Assembly: GCF_035594765.1 (NCBI RefSeq)
Contig: NC_085843.1
Span: 72,207,971 to 72,271,970, forward strand
Source of the DNA: Anolis carolinensis
Taxonomy: Eukaryota
Length of the DNA: 64,000 nucleotides
Reading direction: 5' to 3'
Positions 36,773 to 50,705 of the stretch are shown here, piece by piece. The notes beneath the pieces were generated by a model. The model was given only the letters and a program-made list of their open reading frames with translations, made no database searches and was not told the DNA's origin. Position numbers and translations under genes: made by a program. Numbering within the stretch: the first letter of the stretch is position 1; each line of letters begins with the position of its first letter.

Positions 36773-38689
36773 ACATTTGATACTGAATACATAAAATAAT
36801 CCACTTTACTGGCTGGTTTGTAATATCTTTTGTTTGTCAAAGGGCAAGTGTTCTAATATTTATACTGTTCTTGTCACTTGTGCTAGAAGAAAAAGCTTTA
36901 GAGCATTTAAAAACAAAAATGAAAGATGTGTTTCAGTACATAAATGAAAGAAAACACGTGCTCATCACTGAGCAATATTTGCTACCTATGTTTAGCTTGT
37001 CAGTTTCATTTATAGTTGTTCATTTTGCTTTAGAATTGCTGGTATATTAATGGAAATATCCCATTCAGAGGCTTGGAATGCCCATATTAATAGGGTGGCT
37101 TTATCCTACTTGTAACATTGATTCTGATTACCAAAATAATCTGGAAAGTTGTAAGATACCTCTCCTTGACTTTTATTAACTTTTTGGACACATTTGTTTT
37201 TCACATATGCTTCTTTTCCTTTGTTATTTTCAACTGGAAGCACAGCAATTAAATATATTCCATTATGCCAAGATAAATTAATATTTGAATTATGTGGTTG
37301 TAAATCCACAATAGAGGAATCCCCCATTTTCCATTGAAATGGTCCATTCCATGAGGTTTATGGCTGAAAAACTAGCTAGCAAAGCAAACGGTTTTTAATA
37401 TTAATGATAAAAAAATGCTACGGGAAGAGTGGTGTTTGTAATGCCGTTTGTACCAAATTCATTTTTTAAATAATAATAATTAATATATGTCTCTCCTTGA
37501 TGTTCGAGGTGGGTTGCAAAATGGCTAAAAACAATCATGAACATTACATAAAATACACATTTTAAAATGTATTTCTACTAATACATATATTAAAATACAC
37601 AGGACAAAGATTAAAATACAGCGAACACAAGACATGAGTTTAAAATTTAGGATTAAAATGCACCTTCCACGTTCTGAATTAAACTTCATACTAAGGAAAT
37701 CAGCTACCATATCCTTAATGTTTAATTGGACCCTCTATCCCCTCATGTAATTTGAACCCAGTATAAAACAATCTTGCTCTGTCTTCCACATAGCATTAAC
37801 ATCCCTTCAGTTGCTTAAACATGACTGTCATATCATCTCAATAATTTCTCCTCCAAGATAGACATACCCAGCTCACCGAGGTTTTTCATTGGGCGTGGTT
37901 TCCAAATCTTGTATGAGCTTGATCCATATCTGCTGAACATAGTATGCCAGGTGAGATCTGGCCTAAGGATAATACCATGGGAATATTACTGCCCTTAATG
38001 CTGATGCTGTACACTTGTTGTTGCAACCTAGAATTGCATTGGCTGTTTGGTTTCTGCAAATATGTAATTTGTGAAAAAAACTCTTGACCGTAATCGCTGA
38101 TTGACAGTGGGATATCCTCCCAGGGAGCGTGGTGGAGTTTCCTCCTTAAACAGATTGGATTTCCATATGTTGGTTTGGGGGAGGTGCATTTTGATTCTGT
38201 ATTCCTATGTGGCAGAGGGTGCCTTTCACTTGTTTCTATGCAAATATGGCTCTGTCTTTAAACTGGTGAATGTGACAGTTACTTCTTTTGAAAATGATTT
38301 TACTGTATGTATTTATGAGGGTGGGAAGCAGTTACATTTCAGACTATTTGTAGACAAGAAGGCAATTTAAAATCTACATATATTGAAATGAACAGGGAAA
38401 AGACTCTTAAACTACAGTAGTTTTTTGAAACACATTCAAGGAATGGCATCCTATGCATTATGTAAGTATGATATTTTAAAAAGTAATGAAGATAGTAACA
38501 TTTTTACATCTGCAATTAGACCAGCAGCCAGTGATAATGTCAGGATGAGATGACCTAAGGGTCCTGCAGTGTCAGAGCCAATGGAAATCTGATGCAATAT
38601 GGAAGAACTGTGCGAGCAACATTCTTCAGTGTTAGGCAATTATTTTTTGAAAAGTTGCAAGTCCTCCTAAATACTCTTCAGCTTTTTTT

Positions 38690-38952
38690 CAGAGCCCCTC
38701 ATGGCGCAGTGGGTTGAACCCTTGTGCTGGCAGCACTGCTGACTGACAGGTTGGCTGTTCTAATTCATGGAGATTGGGTGAGCTCCCTTTGTCAGCTCCA
38801 GCTCCCCATATGGGGACATGAGAGACACCTCCCACAAGGATGGTAAAACATCAAATATCTGGGCATTCCCTGGGCAAAGTCCTTGCAGACAGCCAATTCT
38901 CTCATACCAGAAGCAACTTGCAGTTTCTCAAGTGCTCCTGACACACAAAAAA
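38690..38952 (+). mobile_element. Sauria-SINE-like element
   Basis: gagcccctcatggcgcagtgggtt head, body shared with the 2902 copy, A-rich end. Confidence 0.7.
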
Positions 38953-39824
38953 GTTTGTTTTTCACTGTTGCTTAGTAACATTCAGACGGTGAATGATTTT
39001 TGAGGCAGCAGAGGGCAGCCAATCTTGGGAAATAAAACAGTACAACAGTTTTATTGACTGATTTTTTTGTAACTTAATTTATACTTTTACTAAGGGAAAT
39101 GTCACTGAACAAAAATGGATGCAGCTAACAGCTTCACAAATGACAGACATAAATGCCTAAAAGCACTTACTAGTTTCTGTTTTGAACTGTAGCTATGCTC
39201 AATCAAGGTTATTTTCTGCAGCCAAGCCAGTGATGTACCTTGAAAGGGTATGTTCGAAGTAGAAAGAAACAACTTACTTGGACTAGAGTACTTAAGGTGA
39301 TCCATTTTGTTTGAGTTAATCAATGGTCGTTATTTAGCACAAAATTAGTATCACTGCAAAGAAACAAAAAGCTTTCATCTTTTGAGCATCCAGAGTCTTC
39401 AAGCTGATGTGCAGCAAAACAAACAAACAAAAGCTACTGGACTGAATGCAACTTAAAGTTGATCTTTCAAAAATGCTATTTTCCCCCTTACAAATATGTG
39501 TGCTTACATTCTTTTTTGTTAACTAGACACATTTGTTTTGAAAAGATTAGATGCTTTGGCAAAATTTTACTCTTTTGTCACCTGAGAGAATGTTCTTATT
39601 GCTAAATTTTAATTCAGCATAGTGTGGCCAGATCAAAACCTGGCTGTACTTGCTAGACAGCTCAGCAATATAGTCCAAAAAGTACACTTGCCAAAGTTTA
39701 TTCAGATGGAAATAATATTTACTTATGTGCAGTATTGTAAACAAAGCAAGAAAGATGGTATTTTAAACATGTTGTTTTCCTAAGAGGTGAAAGAGAGCTA
39801 TTATTGTGTGATGTCGTCATTTGA

Positions 39825-39981
39825 ATATTGGACTACGCCTTTGGGGGACCTGGGTTCAAGTCTCCACTCTGCTATGGAAGCCCACTGGTGACCTTGGGCT
39901 GAGTGCGACTTGCCCAAGGTCACCAGTAGGTTTCCATGGCTGAGTGGGGACTTGAATCTTGGTTTCCCAAAGTTTAATACT
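39825..39981. repeat. Inverted pair of tRNA-derived SINE heads forming a hairpin
   Basis: ggttcaagtctccactc...ggtgaccttgggc followed 12 nt later by its diverged reverse complement. Confidence 0.75.
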
Positions 39982-40004
39982 GGGTTTCTCATCCATCATA
40001 TACT

Positions 40005-40493
40005 ACAGATTGAGTAACCCTTATATGAAATGCTTAGGGCCAGGACTGTTTTGTGTTTTAGATTTTTGTCAGATTTTAGAATATTTGTCTTTGCAAGTCC
40101 ACACATAATTTTGGAGATGTGAACCAATTCTAAACACATAATTCATTTATATTTGAAGTTTAATTTATGCAATATTTCAAATAATCTTTGTATAATCATG
40201 ATGCTGGGGAAAATGGAAGGAAAAAGGAAGAGGCCAGCCAAGGCAAGATGGATGGATGGTGGCCTTGAGGTAACTGGCTTGACCTTGAAGGAACTGGGGG
40301 CAGCGATGGCCTACAGGACGCTCTGGCGTGGACTGGTCGATGAGGTCACGAAGAGTTGGAAGTGGTTAAACGAATAAACAACAACAATTTTAAATAATTT
40401 TGTGTATGAAACAGTTTGTACACTTTGAACCTAAAGAAAGCTCTATGGAAACACTTTGGATTTTGACTTCTGGATAAGGGATATTCAACCTCT
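40005..40493. mobile_element. Old Tigger/MER2-like element interrupted by a BovB fragment
   Basis: Ends cagattgagtaacccttat / ataaggggatattcaacct, with TA at the left flank. Confidence 0.55.
40196..40388 (+). mobile_element. RTE-BovB LINE 3' fragment
   Basis: IMMLGKMEGKRKR...RWMDG...WRGLVDEVTKSWKWLNE followed by a (CAA)n tail. Confidence 0.85.
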
Positions 40494-43386
40494 ATTTTTA
40501 TAACAGAATCATACTTGAATATATTAGAACTATATGTGGCGGCATCACAGGTCTACTACGCTTTGCTTGATCATGACATACTACTTAAAGAGGCCCATCT
40601 CTGTAATCAGTGCTAGGCTGTGCCAGTCTGGGTGTTGATAAAGACAGTTCTCTCTGGGAATAAAAATATGTTTCCTCTTCAGTACAACTCCTCCCAGGCC
40701 GCAGACATCACTCTAGCTTTGAGGAAGCCTATTAGGGTATATAACTCCCATTTTAGGTGTGCCTTTGTATTGGTTGAAAGAGCAAGAGTGGCATGTTGCC
40801 TTAGAACTGCACAGACCTACAAAGAACTGTTCCAAGATGCATACTCAGGGACAATGCATATAAAGCTGTGTCAGTTCTCAGCTGATGGATGCAAGAATAT
40901 TTGTGCTGAGGTCCTGTATCAGAGGTTGTGATGATGCATGAGGCACTGAGCAAGACATCCCACTGTGTCATGAGGGGTCCCATACTCAATGGGACATGCT
41001 CTGTAATGGCCACAGTGCTGGCTCTGCTTTCATAATGGTCCCAATGAAATAGCCTCAGCTTTCCCCCTGAGAATACAAATTCAGCTTTACACAATCGTAT
41101 GATGTGATTTGCCAGTTGTGGTTTTGTTAATGAATCATTTTTCCATCTGCCATCGGTGTATGTGTAGGGTGTACCATTGGTGGCTGTTTTGCTTTAGTGT
41201 GTGCCTTGAATCGGAGTAGGACTTGAATGGATGAGGCCCTGCACACCATGATGAAGGATGAAGATTCATATGCAAATTTCAGGGGTGAAGCCCAAACCTG
41301 GCTGTAAGGCAATTCACGTCTCTTACCTGCCATGCTAGTATTCATATCACATCTTCTGCAATGACTAGTTAAGACAAACAAATGAAATAAATGTTAGTGC
41401 ATGGTATGTATTAAATCTTAGTCTTGCTTTCATAGGCACCCTTAAAATCCAATTCATGGTTATGATTTTAAAATAATGGGAAATATGGGTAAGCCACAAT
41501 AATGATGCACTGTTTATCAGAAGAAAATGAGCAGGTGAGAGAAAATGGTTATATAATCCTTCGCACAGATGCTGCAAATTAGCATGGTTTCCTTATAGAT
41601 TTCTGTGATTTTGAATATTAATATCTTCTCAAAATTTGACCAAAAATGTCCTCTTTCAAAGAGTTTTTCTTTTTGGTCTCTGCTGACCAGAATATGCCTC
41701 TTTGATGTTATGCCACAAAGATAGAAAGGCAACAGACTAGAAACAATTTTGTTGTCTTTTTTCTTTATAATTATGCTAAGCTTAATCATATCCTGAGTTA
41801 TATCCTAAAATGAATTGTCCCTGTGGCAATCAGCACAGTCTATTGAGCTACATATGATATTTTGTGTGTGCATTTTGTCAGAGTGACAGCCATTGTCAGT
41901 GAAATAATACTGACACTTAAAGCTCCAAAATGTCTAACAACAACTCTATTGTTATGATTTATTCCTTTCTTTGGCACCCTTTGTAAGCTTTGAGAGATGT
42001 TGTAGGCACATGAGTCTTGATCCCTATCGTCACATTATTGAAGGGATGGCTTCAAATTCAATTTAGTAAAACCTTAAGGAACTGTTCAAGCTGAGTTCGT
42101 GTTTCTATTAAATCCTGTATCAAAGAAGAAAGCACAAAATGTAGGTGAGCAATCCAGATATCTAAGTGGTTTCCTATGCCAGGAATGCATAACCTACTGT
42201 GAAACCACTGGACAAGAAAAGATGAAACTATCACAATAAAATAAAAGACTATGTGGAGATCTGATCAGAATAATTTTTTGTGCCAGAGAATATAAAATTG
42301 ATTAATCTATTATTAAGTATGTCTATCAAAATATATTTTGCTCCCTTGAAGGATGACAGAAGTATTGGCTCTGAAAGTGGAGTTTTAGAAAGTTATGGAC
42401 ATGTTTTGTATATTCATGAACTCCCAGTTGAGGGCCTATCAAGAAAAAAATACACAAAGCTTTCAGTTTCACATAAAGGTCTTTAACTGATTTGCTAATT
42501 TTACAAGCAATAGCTGCCCCACCTCTTATGCAGAAAATGTTAGCATTAAACAGTAACAAAGAACGAATAATTGTACTCTGGCACTTAGGTTTGGATTCTG
42601 AATGGACAGTAATAACTTTGCTGGCATTTCCAAGGATCCCCACTTGAGTCTGAGTTTCTATATTATGACTACCACAGAAGTAGCCAATGGCTGTAGAAGC
42701 CGAAGAATGTAGTGTGAACCTATGAACAGGCCTTTTGGCAAAAAGGTGTCTCATAGCTACTGCCAAAATTGTCTCTTTAGCTACATTCCCTGTCTTTCCA
42801 AGTTATAGTGGTTGTGGCAGATTAGAAAAAGCAGGATGTTTCAAGTGTCACCTGTTCCGCTTCTTCCACTGCCCCTATCATAAGGAATTAGCTTTGGTAC
42901 TTTGGTAAAGGTCTGACAAAAGCCACAAATGAACTCACTTTTCCAAATTCAATAAGGCACTAAAAACATTACATAAGTCCCATCAAAAGCCCGCTCTTTG
43001 GTGAATAGTCTGTGGTTTACTGTACTTTGGTTCACGATGGGAAGGAATGCTCAAGACTTCCTCAGTAAGCAGGCAACTCAGGATAGCTGTCACAGAATCA
43101 CACCACTACATTGGAACTCCTCCAGGAATGTATTTATTTACATTAAAACACTATTATACAAACTCAAAAAAGAGACATTTCAGAGGGAAGGCATGCCCAA
43201 GCAAACACCCCTCTCACCCAATGCCATTTTGTTTCACTATATTCAAAATGGGAATTCTATGATCCAGGCCTACTGGGAGGGGAGACCTACCCAAACCTCA
43301 CATGAGAAGATATGGTGGGCACTGTTAAAAGAAATCTCCCCCTGAATACTTATTTCTTCATCCAAATAAAACTCTTGCCCAATGGT

Positions 43387-44271
43387 TTTATTTGTAATTT
43401 ATTTATGTAACACAGTGTAGAAAGCTATCAGTTCAGAAGCAATGATTCTGTACAATCGTCCTGCAGAAACATTTGTAGGATCCCCGTTAATTTTTCAACC
43501 AGCAGGCACTTTCCCCACCCCCCCCCCCCACCCCTATAAAAGTGCTCACAATTAACAGGGATTCTTTTTTAAAAAAGATGAAAAGGTACATGGGAAAAAA
43601 AGTATTACCCCCTTAATGCCTAAGGTGTGCACATAAAACAGGCACAAAGAAACAAACGTGTATTCCCATGATTTCTACATCACTAGTACAGCAGAAGCAA
43701 CAATCTGTACAATAAAATGCAACTGCAGAAAAAAATAATCTTAACTCATCTGGAATACTTTTCTAAAAAAAATAAGAATCATAATCTTGATCGTAAAATG
43801 CATAGTGATCAGAAGGAAAACTCAGCAAAGAGAAGCAGCTCAATCCCACATACACAGAAAGCATCCCCCATCAATTCTTAAAGCATATTTCAATTAGGAC
43901 TTCCCCCCATCACAAATCACAAGAATAATATACAACTGGCTAAAGGAGCTATATGATAAATAATTGGGAAAGAATCTATTCATGCACTAGTTCGGTACAG
44001 TTAAACTTTACAGTACACAAAAAACATTCATTAATAATGTAGTGTAAAGATTGAAATGTAAAGAGAGAGAATACATTACTGATTTTATAATTCAAGTTCA
44101 GGCATCTACTTGTGTTACAGCACAGCTGTCAAAAGGCGATAATGAGTAAATAATAAAACAAAGTGTTTTTTTGTTTGCTTGTCTGCTTGTTTCCACATTA
44201 TTCTCTAACTGAACACCAATGGGCAGTGAAGCAATCATTTGCTGTCCAACTCTTGAGGCTGCTGTGGTGTC
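43387..44271 (-). other. APP: APP 3'UTR with AATAAA signals at ~43387-43403
   Basis: Follows the APP stop. Contains blocks I recognise from the mammalian APP UTR (actacattattaatg, actagtgcatgaatagattct). Confidence 0.8.
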
Positions 44272-44373
<102 letters not shown>

Positions 44374-44451
44374 CTAAGGCAGCCGGAAGGAAAAACGAGT
44401 GTCATTCCTGGCATAGGCAGTTTATAACTGTCACATTTACTTTTGTGTTCC

Positions 44452-44452
<1 letters not shown>

Positions 44453-44517
<65 letters not shown>
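44453..44517. repeat. (AAT)n microsatellite at the tail of an L2/SINE 3' end
   Basis: About 21 perfect units, followed by the ctccccaaggggactc tail motif. Confidence 0.95.
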
Positions 44518-44518
<1 letters not shown>

Positions 44519-44658
44519 TATAAACCCGTCCTATCTCCCCAAGGGGACTCAAGGCGGGTTCCAAACAAAGTGGCAAACAGTCAATGCCATAATAAAACAA
44601 CAAGAAACAAGCCAAATAAAAAAAAGTAAAACAACTTGAAATAGAGTAAGTTCGAAAG

Positions 44659-44794
44659 CAGCATTCCCCAAACTTGGATCCTCCAGCTGTTTTGGACTTC
44701 AATTCCCTGAAGCCTCAGCAGGCTTTGCCAGCAGTCAGGAATTCTGGGAGTTGAACTTCAAAACATCTGGAAGACTTAACATTTCGGAAACGCC
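44659..44794. mobile_element. Diverged hAT-type MITE
   Basis: Interior ggacttcaattccc...gggagttgaacttcaaaacatctgg as in the other copies. Confidence 0.55.
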
Positions 44795-45691
44795 TCTTCA
44801 AAGGAACAATCACCTAATAAAACATCAACCAAGAAGTGTGTTACACAGGGTCCTTCCACTTTGATTGTCATGACAATATTATAAGGAATCTTGAGATTTG
44901 AAATTGAGGGAGGGGCCTTCTAGCGCTATTACATAAGCTCTGTGGCTCATAAAAATGGGAGGTCACAAATGAAGAAGTGATGTGGATCAAGAATGAAAGT
45001 GAGAAAAAAAGTCTTCAAAAGAAGAAATGCAAGATGATGACAATGAGCAACTATGGGCCAGTTTGTATTACACAATTATAAAAGTTGGGGGGCTCTAATT
45101 GGGGAGCTCTAGAAGGCTCTGAACAATGCACTGCAAGTGGTGCAAATAACCTAACTGTATGAGTTCACAGATGACCACTCAAAGAACTACAGTTGCACGT
45201 AAGCAACTGTAGTTCTTCTACCACACTCAATATTTAACTGATCCTTGATATTAAAATGTGCTAGCGGCTACTTAAATGAATATGTATTGACAATCTTCAG
45301 TTCTTCTATTCTACCTTCCCCCTAACAGTTCCCATAATGGAAGTGTCCCGTCTCCCAGGGGCCTGATTTGCATTTTCCCATGGTTGTAGGGAATAGCACC
45401 CTTTTTGCATTTTTTTCCAGGGTTGCTGCAGACTCAGCAGTACCCTGACAGTTAACCATTAGCAGAGATTTGTAACCATTCTGCAAAGCCTTTGCTGCTG
45501 AAAGCTTGCAAAGTATCCTTTTGTTCTTGAGACCGCCCCTTTTCCTGGGGATGAAATCTCCATTTTGAGAAGCCTTTTTTGCCTTTTTACAGAAGAGAAA
45601 AGAGCTCAGATGTGCTTGTGTGGTCAAGCCAGGCCAGCTCAGACAAACCATTGTAAGTACTGATCTCTTGCCTTTGAAACTGGTGCTGAGC

Positions 45692-45901
45692 TTAGGTAGG
45701 GAAAGACCTGCTCTTTCTAATATAGCAACTCAGCACTGGGGCAGAGAATATCTCAGGATTTCTCTGCCATTGGAAGAAACTCCTACTACTTCGTCTCCAA
45801 ACTAGCTTTAAGCTTAGTTAGGGAAAGATCTGCTCCTTCTAATATAGCAGCTCAGGGCTAGGGTAGAGAGCATCTCAGGATCTCTTCGCCTTTGGAGGAA
45901 G
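45692..45901. repeat. Diverged tandem duplication (~90-bp unit, ~120-bp period)
   Basis: tagggaaagacctgctctttctaatatagc...tctcaggat occurs at ~45697 and ~45818. Confidence 0.75.
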
Positions 45902-46427
45902 TTAGCCCAGCAGCTAAGGGGAAAAGCAAGAAAGAAATATCTGCATGATTTTATAAGTTGATTGTTTATATTTGTAACCTTAACTACGTGTGCCATGTCT
46001 GTCAAGGACTTTGAGAAAATAAAAATCTTGTTTGATGTTCAACTTGAAGTGGCCTTGGTTACTGGGACTCCTGAGTTTCGAAGTAAGGCCCCGCAGTTCA
46101 CCCGGGCAAAGAAAGCAGCACATCTTAGTTTACCAAAGGTGCCCGGGTGTGATGGCATAGGAAACATCTATAACTTTGTATGAATCACACACGATCTGTT
46201 TATAATCCATTTGATACAGCTCACATTTGAGTCTAGAGGTTAATTGTCTGAACATTCCTATTTAAATGTCCTTTAATTTTCATAACTACAAAAAGCATTA
46301 ATAATCTGCTGCTTATTCAACTTCTGAGATTCTTAGAGATGCTGTCTCTGGCAGCAAAAACTATAAAGAGAAGTGTAGTGCAGTAATTGAAATCACAGTG
46401 CAAGTGTTTTTGTGAGACACTCCACAC

Positions 46428-46565
46428 CAGTGGTTCTCAACCTGTGGGTTCCCAGATGTTTTGGCCTTCAGCTCCCAAAAAATCCTAACAGCTGGTAAAC
46501 TGGCTGGGATTTCTGAGAGTTGTAGGCCAAAACACCTGGAGGGACCCATAGATTGAGAACTACTG
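46428..46565. mobile_element. hAT-type MITE
   Basis: TIRs cagtggttctcaa / ttgagaactactg with a perfect 8-bp TSD ctccacac. Confidence 0.9.
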
Positions 46566-47071
46566 CTCCACACAATCTCTATACCCAATACATCTAAAGA
46601 GAATTGTTCAAAGAAATGTCCTGCTTTAATTATAGCCTTAGAAAAGAATATGGATTGTGTAATACATACTATGCACGTACATTTCAAATGAGAATATTAT
46701 TTCCAACATTCCTCACAAAATAGAGTATAAGTGGTTAACTTCAATAACAACAACTTTATTTTTATACCCTGCCCCATTTCCCCGAAGGGACTCGGGGCGG
46801 CTTACATGGGGCCACGCCCAGGCGAAACAGACATTATAAAACTCACAATATAAAAACAGATCAGTAAAAACAAATAATATCGCATATACAAAAATCATAC
46901 ATTGATAAAATCCTGAAAAGAACATAAAACGAACTGGGCCAAAAGTGCAAGTAGTGCGAGTTATAATTAGGGGAGAGGTAAGTAGCAGAGACAGTATCAT
47001 ACTCCTAGTACTACATAAGTAGATTCGGCTCTATTTTTACCGCTCCTACCTCAACTTGTGGAATAATACTA

Positions 47072-47236
<165 letters not shown>

Positions 47237-47392
47237 CTAAATATCAATAGCAATGGTAGAAAATTAGTTTCAGAATTTGAGAAATTAAGGAACAAGGCAT
47301 TCTTGGGACTTTCTAACTTAATACAAATGTTAAGCTACTATCCAGTGATTTCTCAGGCATTTTACTTGGTATCAAGTTCAATATTTAAGTTA

Positions 47393-47614
47393 TTTGCTTA
47401 TTTATTTATTTACAGTATTTATATTCCGCTCTTCTCACCCTGAAGGGGACTCAGGGCGGATCACATTACACATATAAGGCAAACATTCAATGCCTTAACA
47501 TAGAACAAAGACAAGACAAACGCGGGGCTCTGAGCTGGCCTCGAACTCATGACCTCTTGGTCAGAGTGATTTGTTGCAGCTGGCTGCAGCTGGCTGCTCA
47601 ACAGCCTGCGCCAC
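47393..47614 (-). mobile_element. tRNA-derived SINE with L2-like tail (short form)
   Basis: Head gtggcgcaggctgttgagcagcc...gagttcgaggcc, near-identical to the 53668 copy. Confidence 0.8.
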
Positions 47615-49254
47615 AGGAAGTTACATTTCCTTGGTTGAGGAAAATTAGTAATGTGAAGTTTTTTCTTCTAATCTTGAAGATCTTATTATCTAGCACTACT
47701 AAGAACTCCATCTAATCAATAAGAACTTAGGTAAATGTTGAGAAATATGGAGCTACAAATGATGTGAACTAATAGACCTATTTGCAAGACACTCTGGAGA
47801 GGGAAATCACACATTCTTGTAATAGTTAGCATTTCTGCAGCCTCTGTAGTGGAACTAGCAGTGCTAAGGAAGAAGCTAGCTTTCAGGAGATACCCAGAGA
47901 GAATATAACAGCAGAATTCAATGTGTTTTCTGACACTATTGGGTAATAAGAGTTCTTAAATGTTTTAAAATTAAATCTGGATGCCAGATTATGGATTTTA
48001 TCTAACTATGAGAAGACATCAAACAGGTAAAAGGATAAATAAAGGATTTCTACTGTTAGGGTGATGAACAGAAGTCAATTAGGATAAGTGGTATGCATCC
48101 TAGAATCAAGAGATACATGACAGTATTGTGTGGACAGTTAGCTCCTAAAAGGGTCTTCATTATGCACCAATTTGCAAGGCAGGCAGTTTACAAAACGTAT
48201 TGGAAGACTAAGAAATTAATTAACTGATAAGGGCTGATGTCCTCCATGGTTGATCTTAGATTAAGAGTTGCTTATGCATGACTTCTACGGGTCCCCTACC
48301 ACCAACCCCAGGATTCACCATTTCGCTGTTATAGCCCCCTTCCCATGCCATTCCATTGCAGGTGGAGAACTGACAGAAAGGCATTTGCCTATGGGAAAAT
48401 GGCCAGATCCCGTCTGCTCTCTGCAAGCAACAGAACAGTAGAGGATGGGTGGGTATCAGAATGACATGAGTCCTGCAAGGCTGCTTCAGTTATAGCAGAG
48501 GAGGGAAGGGAATTCCAACCTTTACAATGACCACAGAGGTACATATGCAAGCAGCCCAAAAAGTACAGGGAAACAGGCAGAGTATCCTATTCTAGTTTCC
48601 AGAAGGAAAAGATTTGATTGCTACTCACACCATAGGATTTCATTCACACATTAATTCATTTATGTAATATATTCAATTATATAATTATTGCGATTTTTTA
48701 AAAGTTAAAGGATTGTGCATGACTGTTTGGAAAGAGACCATAAACGATGCTCTTTCTACCCTGAAAAATCCTACAGAAGTATTAAAACAATAAAAGGAAA
48801 AAAACAAAAACAAAGAGGAAACCATGAAATGAAATAATGTAATAATTACAGCTAAGGAGATATACGATACAACACAATTAAGAACAAATGAATATTAATT
48901 GTAAACTTAAAACTTGTTAGTTAACCAGATTTTGTTTGCATTTAAACTAGGCTATACTATATTCAATATATTTATATTTGACTTTTCATCCAAGGTGTAT
49001 AAGGTGGCACACTTTCCGCACAAAAACAGACACAACGCAGGGTGAGTAGTGTGTTTGTCTTCTCCTGTCCATGCATGGCAACTCATAAACTTCATAGATT
49101 TTTTTTTAGGCAAGAATACCCAGATATGGTTTTGCCAGTTCTATCCTCTGAAATATAGCCCACAGCACCTGATACAGTCATTCTCCTGATGCTTTTTCTA
49201 AGGGAAAAAGTAGCAAAACATGGATTTACTAATTACTGTAAATAATATATTCAC

Positions 49255-49355
49255 CAGTTTCTGATGATGTACTTCATATCCCGAGTCATGTCTATACTCT
49301 GCATCCATTTTTAGTTCTGAGGTCTCTTCTGTTTTCACATTGGTTAATCCAGAAC
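49255..49355 (-). CDS. APP: APP exon 16 (beta-secretase site, A-beta N-terminal half)
   Basis: [34 protein letters not shown], 101 nt. Confidence 0.98.
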
Positions 49356-49804
49356 CTAGATTGTGCAAACAAGCAAGACAAAACCAGAGCAAGTAATACA
49401 ACCATATATTTCAACAACTGCAATTGCTAACAGAAATTATATTAAGCAAGGAAGCCTTTAAATAAATATATGCTGTGAGATAATGAAACAGGATGTGGTT
49501 TTAAAACTTAACAAAGAAACAAAATGGGACAAAATCAGGCAATGACTTTAATCCCATTAGTTAATTCAATGCAGAGTACATCTACAGACTTAATTGTTGA
49601 ATACTGAGTAAACAAATACCACTGATACAATTGGTTTACTGTAGTTAATATTAATAGGATTTAGACCTCAATAGATTTTCAACAGTGGTCAAGGGAAAAC
49701 TGTTTCAAGAACCAATTTAGCACAATGGTTGCTTCTGAGAATAGTTCACAAAAAGAAAACCACAAACTTAAAAAAACCCCCAAAATAATAACATAAGATT
49801 CCTA

Positions 49805-49952
49805 AGGTAAAGGTAAAGGTTTCCCCCTGACATTAAGTCCAGTCATGACCGACTCTGGGGGTTGGTGCTCATCTCCATTTCTAAGCCGAAGAGCCGGCGT
49901 TGTCCGTAGACAGCTCCAAGGTCATGTGGCATGACTGCATGGAGCGCCATTA
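49805..49952 (-). mobile_element. Sauria-SINE-like 3' fragment
   Basis: aaggtaaaggtaaaggtttccccctgacattaag as at 18537, then BovB-tail-like sequence. Confidence 0.7.
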
Positions 49953-50434
49953 CCTGCATTTCTGCAATTCATTAAATAGCTCATCACATGACAGAACCAC
50001 TGGAACAGACTGCACCTCATTAGCAATTTTGTTCCGAATCAAGGTGTCTCTTCCAGGTATCTTTCATGGCATTATGAAGCATAGTGGCTCAGCCTTCCAA
50101 GGTTGTGCTGCGCTTCCTTCTCAGGTACAATATAACAAATACTGAAGCTAGTATATAAGTTTTAGCAATTGCATTGTGATTACTTTAAATGACAGTTTAC
50201 AATTATGTCTGGAACAGAAGTGTACGTTTAACCTCTGATGCCAAACCAGGATATAAAATGCAATTTCTTGTTTCAGACATAACATGAAACTGCAAAACAG
50301 AGATGAATGAAGTATGCCCCTTGAACTGTAAATGGCCCTCCAAGATTGGTTTTGCAGCTTGTGGTCCTGCCAGGATTCCTAAAGAAACTTTGTTCTGATT
50401 CCCTCAAAAAAGTGAAATTTCTCAGTTAAAGAGT

Positions 50435-50705
50435 GTATGATAAAATGGGATAAGAACTTTGGTTATAACTTACAGATGGATCACTGGGAAATATATGGTC
50501 AAAGAAGCTGAAATTCATATTGTGTTATAACTTTACAGATAACTTTTGTAAAATAATGCATTATTGGTATATGACTCCAGATAACCTGTCTACAATGTAT
50601 AAAGGTGTATCTAACCTATGTTTGAAATATGAACAATACAAAGGAGCACAAGTGATGGACATGAGAAAAAGCCAAAAATTGGATTCAAAAGAGTGTCTCA
50701 TATGA
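50435..50705 (+). mobile_element. L1 LINE ORF2 C-terminal fragment
   Basis: NFCKIMHYWYMTPDNLSTMYKGVSNLCLK resembles the region just before the Cys-rich domain of non-mammalian L1. Confidence 0.55.

Noticed and set aside
37740-38180. Possible old CR1 remnants (also ~59760-59940)
   Set aside because: Only short motif resemblance, so boundaries cannot be supported.
40520-41350. More GC-balanced segment with several short ORFs, possibly an ancient retroelement or exon
   Set aside because: No convincing domain motif or splice-consistent frame by eye. A translated HMM search would be needed.
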